From Tubiluchus corallicola (lineage: Eukaryota > Animalia > Priapulida), in NCBI GenBank assembly GCA_030141605.1, contig JAQGDQ010002001.1, positions 1-18,230 on the forward strand: a stretch of DNA of 18,230 bases, in the 5' to 3' direction. Below are positions 1-10,196 of the stretch, in pieces (position 1 is the stretch's first letter; each line of letters opens with the position of its first letter). Below the pieces are notes generated by a model. The model was not told the DNA's origin, ran no database searches, and saw only the letters and a list, made by a program, of their open reading frames with translations. Both the position numbers and the translations under genes were made by a program.

Positions 1-13
1 GACATGGAAGTAT

Positions 14-161
14 TTACTAATGTCTAATGTAATCTTGTAGTAAAACTTGTCAGCTTGTGTAGTTATAGTCTATTCTTACTGTAAATGTTACTAATGTCTA
101 ATGTAATCTTGTAGTAAAACTTGTCAGCTTGTGTAGTTATAGTCTATTCTTACTGTAAATG
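14..161. repeat. Tandem duplication, 2 x 74 bp
   Basis: ttactaatgtctaatgtaatcttgtagtaaaac...tactgtaaatg occurs at 14-87 and again at 88-161. Confidence 0.95.
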
Positions 162-184
162 TTTTTGTAAATAGTGTGTAAAGT

Positions 185-257
185 CTGTTGTGGTGAGGAT
201 CCTAAATCATGTTGTTCAAACTGTCTGATCCAATCCTATAATAAATTATGTTTAAAC

Positions 258-321
<64 letters not shown>

Positions 322-424
322 AGAGAGAGAGAGTGTGTGTGTGTGTGTAGACTGTTGTGGTGAGGCTCGTAAATCATGTTGTTCAAACTGTCTGATCCAA
401 TCCTAAATAAATTACGTTTAAACT
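185..424 (+). repeat. ~73-bp direct repeat (185-258, 352-424) bracketing a (GA)n(GT)n microsatellite (261-348)
   Basis: ctgttgtggtgagg...aaatcatgttgttcaaactgtctgatccaatccta..aataaatta.gtttaaact is seen twice, with the GA/GT run between the copies. Confidence 0.9.
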
Positions 425-788
425 AACTAAACATCTATTACAATAGTAATGTTTTCATATTCTAGTGTTCTATTCACATCAACAAATTCAGTCGGTTTGA
501 ATTAGCTTGTTCACGCTAGTTCTCGAAGATAGCCCCAAATATCATGTTCACTGCGTTCAGTAGTGGGAATTTCCAATATTAGTAGTTTCATATCATAGAA
601 TTTTAATCATATTCGCAGAAGATAATGCCTTAGCTTTCGAAATAGGTTACTACTGCACACTGGCAATAGTATTATAATTGCTATTATTTACCCACATACA
701 CTTGTCAGTTGTTGCTTTTTGTGAAATGGAACGAATTATTGCATAATTAGCATCTAAAATTTATCTAACTCTTAATTTACTACCCCTG

Positions 789-919
789 TATATATATATA
801 TATATATATATATGTTTGATCTTGTAATTTTTCATTTCATTGTATTTTATTTCCTTTTAGTACTGTATTTGTATTTTACATGGTCTTAGTTACCGAAATA
901 AAAACTTGAATTGAATTGA
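789..919 (+). mobile_element. (TA)n followed by a probable non-LTR retroposon 3' end
   Basis: A T-rich UTR-like stretch ends in gaaataaaaacttgaattgaattga (AATAAA plus short TTGAA tail). No coding remnant was seen. Confidence 0.35.
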
Positions 920-1027
920 GAGTTGAATTTGCTGGCCTGTTTTGAGAGCACGGTCTGTTTGAAAATTAAATAAACCATACTGAATAAAACTGTTTTCAAT
1001 CTCTCTGTTCTGCATCTGGGTAACTGT

Positions 1028-1909
<882 letters not shown>

Positions 1910-2023
1910 GGCTTATGCTGAAATAAACACCAATCAATTAAATTAATTAAACTAAATGATGTAAAAAACTATTTTCTCTGTCCTCCTCAACCGTCTCCTC
2001 ATTTTACATCGTTGTTGTTTCAG

Positions 2024-2256
2024 AGTTCTGGCTGAATTCCAGTCGAGGAAGGCGCGCCGTGTCCACATTCGCGACAAGGATGTCCTCAAGTACCTGTGTG
2101 GCATTGTTCTCGTGACAATCGGGTACATGTCTGCCTGGACAGCGGTCAACATGGACCACCTCAGGGACGGAATCAGTATCATCCAGACCGGAAAAACGTT
2201 GGATTTGAAATACAGCATCTGTCGTCTGCACTGGTGGGATTACGTCATAGAAATAG
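2024..2256 (+). CDS. GPR158: Internal coding exon of a class C GPCR, GPR158/GPR179-like (ICL2-TM4-ECL2-start of TM5)
   Basis: Acceptor ttgttgtttcag at 2012-2023 and donor ag|gtag with GT at 2257. The translation (R)VLAEFQSRKARRVHIRDKDVLKYLCGIVLVTIGYMSAWTAVNMDHLRDGISIIQTGKTLDLKYSICRLHWWDYVIEI(G) matches the remembered GPR158 pattern RVLKVFLSRTAQR...WT...ISLIGQGKTSDHL.F.MC...RWDY. Phase 2 at the start, phase 1 at the end. The symbol is a family-level call; orthology is not established. Confidence 0.88.
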
Positions 2257-2364
2257 GTAGCCCATTGTTTTCTTTACTGGCTTGTACAGGGTGTTTCAAA
2301 AAGGTTCTTCTTCGTTTTCAAAAAGATCATTAGAAGTTACGAGCAATTAGAAGAGGAAGCAGTC

Positions 2365-2440
2365 AATTTAAACATTGTTTATTTGGTTTAGATTAGACAG
2401 TTTTTAAAACTTATATGAGTCCTCACCACACTACTACATG
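2365..2440 (-). repeat. Diverged inverted copy of the 185-258/352-424 repeat; retroposon 3'-end-like
   Basis: The reverse complement reads gtgtggtgaggactc...aaactgtctaatctaaaccaaataaacaatgtttaaa, which aligns with tgtggtgaggctc...aaactgtctgatccaatcctaaataaattacgtttaaa. Confidence 0.6.
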
Positions 2441-2463
2441 TACAAAGCAGAAATACAAAAAAA

Positions 2464-2541
2464 TGCAGTATTGTAAATACAAATAAATTTATTTATTTAT
2501 TTATTTATTTATTTGTGTTTATTTGTATTTACAATACTGCA
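2464..2541. repeat. Perfect 24-bp inverted repeat with a 30-nt (TTTA)n-rich spacer
   Basis: tgcagtattgtaaatacaaataaa (2464-2487) is the exact reverse complement of tttatttgtatttacaatactgca (2518-2541). Confidence 0.95.
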
Positions 2542-2696
2542 ATATGCAAATACAATTTTAAAAAGACAAATACAATTTAAATGTCGTGTATTTTCAAAAT
2601 AAAATAACACAAAACCCTCCATTTGCAGGGTAAGAGTCCTCTAATACATATAAAAATACACTACATATTAAAGCACAATATACATGTAAACCCAGA

Positions 2697-2699
2697 TGT

Positions 2700-2750
<51 letters not shown>

Positions 2751-2789
2751 TGCACACGCACACGCACACGCACACGCACACGCACACGC

Positions 2790-2882
<93 letters not shown>
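2697..2882. repeat. (CA)n/(CACACG)n microsatellite
   Basis: Directly visible. It explains the HT/HA/CV/RV ORFs. Confidence 0.98.
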
Positions 2883-2884
<2 letters not shown>

Positions 2885-3481
2885 CCTTTGCTATAACAGA
2901 ATGAATACACAATGAATGAATTAATGAATACGCTTTGAATTTCTATGATTATTATCTGGTGATTTTAAAACTGTTGCAAAGGTAGAAAACTGGTTTTTAA
3001 CTGAGATTTCTTGAACAATATCAAAGAAGGCTGCGCATGCGCAGATACATCGTGAAAAATATACACGTGTTTTAACTTTATCGAAGGTAAAACGTTTTAC
3101 ATAGAAGATTTAGCGTTGTACGTAATCAAAGGGTAGTCAAATACTAAGTGTTCAGGCGTTTGTATGTCTGAAAGGCACTTACAGTAGTTACCTTCAGCTA
3201 AACCAACTGCATATAGGAAAGAGTTACAACCTCTGAGAAGTAAAAGGTTGAGCTCAAGGGATTCTAAGCTTCTGTCATGTCATGTCATGGCAGACGCAGA
3301 ACTGTGAGAGACGCCATATAAATATAAAGTTAACAGATGTAATACGAAGAATCATATAACAACTAGCCAAGGCCCCGCAAAAAATTTTGCACATAAGCTC
3401 ACTTATAATCTACGCGAACATCCTACATAGTCCTCATTTACAACGCAAAGCCAGCAGCAGCTTTTACAGAATTAAAGTTAT

Positions 3482-3890
3482 AAGGTCATCCCAAATGATA
3501 CAAAAAAGAGTTCTTATCATAATCTTACGGCTTCTCAGCACCTGTTCCTAGTTTCCAGCCTGCACAAAGTATCAGTACCAGAAGGATCATCCCAAATGAT
3601 ACAAAAAAGAGTTCTTATCATAATCTTATGGCTTCTCAGCACCTGTTCCTAGTTTCTAGCCTGCAGAAAGTGTCAGTACCAGAAGGGTCATCCCAACTGG
3701 CACAAAGAAGAGTTCTTATCATAATTTACGGCTTCTCAGCACCTGTTCCTAGTTTCTAGCCTGCACAAAATGTCTTTAAAGAGTTCTTATCATAATCTTA
3801 TGGCTTCTCAGCACCAGTTCCTACTTTCTCTAAGGTTATCCCTAGTGAAACAAAGTTCCAATGATCTTATGGCCTGTTCCTGGCCTCCTA
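3482..3890. repeat. 101-bp tandem repeat, about 3 full and 2 partial or degenerate copies
   Basis: catcccaa recurs at 3487, 3588 and 3689, and the aagagttcttatcataat...ggcttctcagcacc core is repeated. Confidence 0.92.
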
Positions 3891-3933
3891 AAATGCTATA
3901 GCACCAGGAACATCATGCTTAGACTCCGGAAAA

Positions 3934-4600
3934 TTTTTAGTTTTTTAGTTTTTAGTTTATTATTATGATCACATTCAGTACAATATAATGACAGTGACAT
4001 CAAAATTATTACATCATACTGTATTAAATTATTATGTTTCATACACTATCGTTATCATAAAAGAATAATTGTACTGCAGTGGGCTAGAGAAGCAAAGGCT
4101 TGTATAAGCCCACTGTTATGTGAACTCGATAAAAGAAGAATGGATGAGTGAACAAAAAAAAAGAACTGGGAGAAAGGTTAGATCACACAGGAAGGGTAGA
4201 AGGATGTGCTAGTGGAAATGGTAGGAAGAAAGATAGTAGATTGTGCTATGTTGACATCAGCTCTAAAGATTTATCAATGATGCCTTGTTTTGCATAATCT
4301 GTACCAGGACTGACAAAATATCGAGTTGTCATTAGTTTCACGATTATTTGGCCCTAAGAACAAACGCATGTCTCCGAGTCAAGATACTCCAAGTCCTAAG
4401 GACCTTGTGTCCTCTAACAGCGCGCCAATAAGCCGTCCACTTTAACCACAACAGTGACACTAGAGCGGCCAATAACATGACCAATAGGACGGATATTGGA
4501 AGGACTCTGCTTCTTGTACAGCTAACAGTTGCAATATTAAATTCTATAGTCATCGATCAATACTCGAGGCAGTTTCACGCAGAATTGTTGACGAGTGGCG
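3934..4600 (-). mobile_element. Probable decayed 3' fragment of a non-LTR retrotransposon (LINE)
   Basis: The minus strand ends in aataaac followed by a (TAAAAAC)-like tail. A 3' UTR stem-loop lies at 4077-4115 (cagtgggct/agcccactg with inner aagc/gctt). Frameshifted peptides TIE..IL.C.LYKKQ and LFLGPNNRETNDNSIF loosely resemble LINE ORF2 C-termini. Confidence 0.4.
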
Positions 4601-4808
4601 ACACCTATGCGGATGGCTTCTCATAACTGACTTCTCAGTTTACGTTTCATAACTGCTCGGGTCTGAGTTCTCCGTATAAGTAAGAAGTGAATAAATAAAT
4701 AAATAAGTGAATAAACAAATGTACCTTTTATTTTACATTATGTTAACATAACGTAAATCCCTCTAACTGATTCAGATTAGATCCATTTTATTTTCCCTTT
4801 TGTTCATG

Positions 4809-5969
4809 CCATACTTATAATTATACATACTTATACTTATGTATAATAACCGCACTTATAATTATACATACTTATACTTATGTATAATAACCATAGTTAT
4901 AATTACACATACTTATACTTATGTATAATAACCGTACTTATGATTATACATACTTATACTTATGTATAATAACCGTACTTATAATTATACGTACTTATAC
5001 TTATGTATAATAACCGTACTTATAATTATACATACTTATACTTATGTATAATAACCGTACTTATAATTATACATACTTATACTTATGTATAATAACCGTA
5101 CTTATAATTATACATACTTATACTTATGTATAATAACCGTACTTATAATTATACGTACTTATACTTATGTAAAATAACCGTACTTACAATTATACATACT
5201 TATACTTATGTATAATAACCGTACATATAATTATACATACTTATACTTATGTATAATAACCATAGTTATGATTACACATACTTATACTTATGTATAATAA
5301 CCGTACTTATGATTATACATACTTATACTTATGTATAATAACCGTACTTATAATTATACGTACTTATGCTTATGTATAATAACCGTACTTATGATTATAC
5401 ATACTTATACTTATGTATAATAACCGTACTTATAATTATACGTACTTATGCTTATGTATAATAACCGTACTTATAATTATACATACTTATGCTTATGTAT
5501 AATAACCGTACTTATAATTATACATACTTATACTTATGTATATAACCGTACTTAAAATTATACATACTTATAGTTATGTATAATAACCGTACTTATAATT
5601 ATACGTACTTATGCTTATGTATAATAACCGTACTTATAATTATACATACTTATACTTATGTATAATAACCGTACTTATGATTATACATGCTTATACTTAT
5701 GTATATAACCGTACTTAAAATTATACATACTTATAGTTATGTATAATAACTGTACTTATAATTATACAAACTTATACTTATGTGTAATAATCGTACTTAT
5801 GATTATACATACTTATACTTATGTATAATAACCATACTTATAATTATACATACTTACACTTATGTATATAACCGTACTTAAAATTATACATACTTATACT
5901 TATGTATAATAACCGTACTTATAATTATACATACTTATACTTATGTATAATAACCATACTTATAATTAT
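4809..5969. repeat. 41-bp minisatellite, about 28 copies, each with an internal inverted repeat
   Basis: Unit ccgtacttataattatacatacttatacttatgtataataa; aaccgtac recurs at 4971 and 5012. Confidence 0.97.
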
Positions 5970-6388
5970 TAAATGTAAAATATTAATGTAAAATATTTAT
6001 CGCGGTATTTTCGGTATTTCGCGGGTTTTTGCGGTACTCCGTCTAAAGTATTTTTGCGCATGCGTAGTACATAGTATTGTACAGTAATGTATAGATTTGA
6101 TGAACTTTGCATAAAAAATCACAAAATGTATAAAAATATATTAAAAATATTAATTCTAACATTAAAAGAATATTATAAATCGTAAAAAATTACCATTTAC
6201 AGTAAATAGTGTATTTATTCGGCGGATGAATACACACCAAAATCGAAATGTAGTACTTGCGCCAGCTTGAGATGCTACTTGCCGACATGAGATTGTACAC
6301 AACACACGATTGGTTGATTGTGAACATTTTTATAAACATTTAAGTAAAGTTTTTTAAAAGGTACATGTACAGTATGGGAAAAGTTATT

Positions 6389-6804
6389 AATATTAATAAG
6401 GTTACTAGAGAACATGGTAGTAATCAACAATTCAATTCAATAGTTTTTTATTTGTCTGAATTGCATCACAAAGCTTTACAACTATATACATAAAAATATT
6501 AATAAGGTTACTAGAGAACATGGTGCTAATTCAATTCAATAGTTTTTTATTTGTCTTATTTGCATCACAAAGCTTTACAACGAGAATAAAAACAGCTACG
6601 GTTTGCAAATTGTACAAATTAGCCCCGAGGAGAGTAGGAACGTGAGCTTTCGAGACTCACCACGAGACGGCGCAAGCACACGCATGGTGCAGACAGAGTA
6701 ATACATACAAAATAGCTCAAAGTTAAAACAATATTCAGTTACAATTAATGATAATAATACAGACGAATGAGATTAGAGGTATTAAAAACGTCAATTCGCA
6801 GGTA
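6389..6804 (-). repeat. Dispersed repeat, copy 1 (inverted relative to copies 2 and 3)
   Basis: Reverse complement of 8967-9320 and 17859-18230 (for example agccccgaggagagtaggaacgtgagctttcgag versus ctcgaaagctcacgttcctactctcctcggggct). It contains an internally duplicated ~105-bp terminal module. Confidence 0.93.
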
Positions 6805-7467
6805 GTGAGTACATGTGAAAGGGGCGTTTCCAGGTCCAGTAGTGAGTACATGTGAAAGGGGCGTTTCCAGGTCCAGTAGTGAGTACATGTGAAAGGGGCG
6901 TTTCCAGGTCCAGTAATGACTACACAAGAAAGGGGCGTTTCCAGGTGCAGTAGTGAGTACACAAGAAAGGGGCGTTTCCAGGTCCAGTAATGAGTACACG
7001 TGAAAGGGGCGTTTCCAGGTCCAGTAGTGAGTACACAAGAAAGGGGCGTTTCCAGGTCCAGTAGTGAGTACATGTGAAAGGGGCGTTTCCAGGTCCAGTA
7101 ATGAACACACAAGAAAGGGGCGTTTCCAGGTCCAGTAATGACTACACAAGAAAGGGGCGTTTCCAGGTCCAGTAAGGTGTACACATGCAAGGGGTGTTTC
7201 CAGGTCCAGTAGTGACTACACAAGAAAGGGGCGTTTCCAGGTCCAGTAGTGAGTACACGTGAAAGGGGCGTTTCCAAGTCCTGCAATGAGCACGCATGAA
7301 AGGGGCGTTTCCAGGTCCAGTAATGAGTACACGTGAAAAGGGCGTTTCCAGGTCCAGTAATGAACACACAAGAAAGGGGCGTTTCCAGGTCCAGTAGTGA
7401 GCACACGTGAAAGGGGCGTTTCCAGGTCCAGCAATGAGCACACATGAAAGGGGCGTTTCCAAGTCCA
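6802..7467. repeat. 37-bp minisatellite, about 18 copies
   Basis: Unit gtagtgagtacatgtgaaaggggcgtttccaggtcca. The aaggggcgtttccaggtccag part is near-constant and a ~13-bp part shows a few recurring variants. Confidence 0.97.
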
Positions 7468-8017
7468 TTAGTGATTCACAAGTGATTAGTGCAAAGAGGA
7501 GGATATTAGCGGCTTCTTTTGAACTTTGTTTGAAGCCATACAAACCGAGATTGTTAGCTTGCGGCTTCTACAAACAGACGATACATCTGGTATACAAATC
7601 GCTGACCCCCCCCCCTGCCACGTTTTTTGATATAACTCCACACAATGATTATATCACAATCGCTGAATTTTTAGCATACTTTCCCTTTATTATATAAAGC
7701 TTTGACTTTCCTAAAGTAAAATAATTGGTTAAAGTTTATTTATTCTTGTGGTTAAAGCTGCTGGCTGATTATTGTTGTTTATTGCGTGGCGAGTGAGGGA
7801 GCCACAATGGGCATGGCAAACTATCAAGACTTTATATATATTTATAAATAACAACCACAACACGGTAAATATAAGAGGATAGTAATGCCAGCCCTCTGTC
7901 CTCAAGTCAGTTCCTCATCTCCCCCCGAGGTGCGGGTCTCAAAACACTTTTGTCTAACTACCTAATGCGCCGTGAGCTTCTGCGCATAAGAATTACATCA
8001 TCAATATTTTAATAATT

Positions 8018-8114
8018 AATCATTAATTTAATAATGTAATCTCCAATTTAATCAAAATTACTATTTAACACAGCTTTCCTTTACTTCCTGTATTGAAATC
8101 GCTTCAGAGAAATC

Positions 8115-8200
<86 letters not shown>

Positions 8201-8229
8201 TCTCTCTCTCTCCCCCTCTCTCTCTCTTT

Positions 8230-8283
<54 letters not shown>

Positions 8284-8559
8284 CCTCTCTCTCTCTTTTT
8301 CTCTCCTGTCTCTCTCTCTCTCTCTCCCTCTCTCTTTCTTTCTCTCTCCTGTCTCTCTCTCTCTTTCTTTCTTCTGCCTCTCTCTCTCTCTCTCTCCCTT
8401 CTTTCTCTTTCTTTCTCCTTCTCTGTCACACCTAACTAGACTTCTATCCACGACGATAGTTTAATCTTGCATCGTCAAGCATTTAATCTTGAATCATTAA
8501 TTTAATAATTTAATCACCAATTTAATCAAAATCATTATTTAACACAGCTTTTCTTTACT
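8018..8559. repeat. ~68-bp direct repeats (8018-8085, 8492-8559) bracketing a ~305-bp (CT)n polypyrimidine tract (8119-8424)
   Basis: aatcattaatttaataat.taatc.ccaatttaatcaaaat...tatttaacacagcttt..ctttact is seen twice, with the CT tract between the copies. Confidence 0.9.
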
Positions 8560-8624
8560 CTCAATGAGTCTAAAACGTATTGTATATATTTTATTACATG
8601 ATTTTATTATATTTTATTAAAAAT

Positions 8625-8690
8625 AAACACATGTATTTCGGTCACGTGCTTTCTAATGATCTTTCTGATGATTTAGACGTAAATAATCTG
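8625..8690 (+). mobile_element. Possible short LINE reverse-transcriptase remnant
   Basis: Translates KHMYFGHVLSNDLSDDLDVNN, resembling the K-Y-L-G-H-x-I-x-x-D-L-x-D-D-x-D motif at the end of the RT domain in some invertebrate LINEs. The match is short. Confidence 0.4.
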
Positions 8691-8966
8691 TGTGAGTACC
8701 AGCGCCACCTAGTTAACGTTTGCGAAATCTTTCTAGTTTCAACCTTTTTTAACTTTGTTATTCATTACAACCAACCAGATATCAGAAGAAAACTTAAGGT
8801 GCAGTCACATGACTTCACATGTTTTTACCTGTTCACACTCATCATACTGCTGGGGTAGTTCTAGTGAATTCTCTAAAAATTGTAAAAAAATGTTCTATCT
8901 TTTTATGAATTAATAACGATAGGCTCATTCAATTACAGCGTTTTAAAAAGCAAATATTTGATTTGA

Positions 8967-9320
8967 TACCTGCTAATTGACGTTTTTAAATACCTCTAAT
9001 CTCATTTGTCTGTATTATTATCATCAATTGTTTTTGTAACCGAATATTATTTTAACTTTGAGCCATTTTGTATGTATTTTTCAGTCTGCACCATGCATGT
9101 GATGGCGCCATCTAGCGGCGAGACTCGAAAGCTCACGTTCCTACTCTCCTCGGGGCTGATTTGTACAATTTGCAAACCGTAGCTGTTTTACGTACATAGT
9201 TGTAAAGCTTTGTGATGCAACTCAGACAAATAAAAAACTATTGAATTGAATTGAATGACCACCATGTTCTCTAGTAACCTTATTAATATTATTATGTATA
9301 TAGTTGTAAAGTTTTGTGAT
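8967..9320 (+). repeat. Dispersed repeat, copy 2
   Basis: tacctgctaattgacgtttttaaatacctctaatctcatttgtctg...cagacaaataaaaaactattgaattgaattgaa...; followed by an (AAT)n run at about 9319-9375. Confidence 0.93.
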
Positions 9321-10109
9321 AATAATAATAATAATAACATTAATAATAATAATAATAATAATCATAATAATAATAAAAGTAGTAGTAATAATACTACGAA
9401 TGGGCATAAATTTCAAGGAAAGAAAAAATTGAAGTACAGTGCTGCTGTATATCATTCAGTGTGAAAATGACATATGAAAACTTGACTAATTTTAAGTTTC
9501 TAATTCAAGATTCAAGTTTACAGCTGAACTCACACCTGAGCTAACGTGTGCACCACGTCACACCTGAACACATTTGAACTAAGTGGTACAGCACCGCTTT
9601 TTGTGCAAGAGGTTTAACTGCGAAGAACTTGTGGTGCGAATGCAATTTCAACTCTGCACTAATAATTCTTTCACTGAGTAATTCTTGAAAAAATAGTATT
9701 TTCCTTTCAACTTTCATAGTTTACATTGTTTTGAGGTGTAGAATCCTCAGCCAGTTTAACCCCGTTTCACAAATAAAATAAAATGATTTTAATGATAATA
9801 TATCTCTTTAATTTGTTGTTTTTCATTTCTTGCTTTAAATTTTAAAAAAGTTCTGATTAGCATTGAAAGATACTTGAACTTATTCTAATTTCAAATAAAG
9901 TTGGGACAAGATGCTTAAGTTACACATGATATTAGACAAAGTGAAGATTTTTTTTAGTCGGTGTCATAAGTTTATAACCCAAGTTAATAAAGAGTGTACA
10001 GTTAGTTGTTTGTACAAGGCGAGGCAGCGTGGATGTATAAAATTACCACTGTATGTTTACCTTTAATGATTGTAGAGCAAAAAACTGATAAAAAGGACAA
10101 AGGTTAAAT

Positions 10110-10130
10110 TATTTCATCTCGTGTCTGTAG
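10110..10130 (+). other. Candidate splice acceptor for the BTB-gene exon
   Basis: Pyrimidine-rich tatttcatctcgtgtctgtag ends 66 nt upstream of the ATG. The frame is open from 10131 into the ORF. Confidence 0.5.
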
Positions 10131-10196
10131 TTACACCAGCCATTTATACAAGTTCTCGATCAGCAGAGAGGTCAGAAAATTCTAGTAGCAAAAGAA

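Noticed and set aside
1952-2333. ORF-track calls 2112-2333 (+), 1952-2218 (-) and 2004-2231 (-) as standalone genes
   Set aside because: The + ORF is part of the spliced GPCR exon read past its donor. The - ORFs are antisense shadows.
6802-7467. CRISPR-like repeat/spacer appearance
   Set aside because: The variable parts are only ~13 bp, related to each other and reused. There are no cas genes and the context is eukaryotic.
6735-7543. Cys/His/Trp-rich ORFs (HYWTWKRPF repeats)
   Set aside because: They are translations of the 37-bp array cycling through three frames, with no zinc-finger spacing.
2256-10131. In-frame GPCR-BTB fusion by splicing
   Set aside because: The donor is phase 1 and the BTB frame at 10131 is phase 0, so the join is out of frame and stops near 10232.
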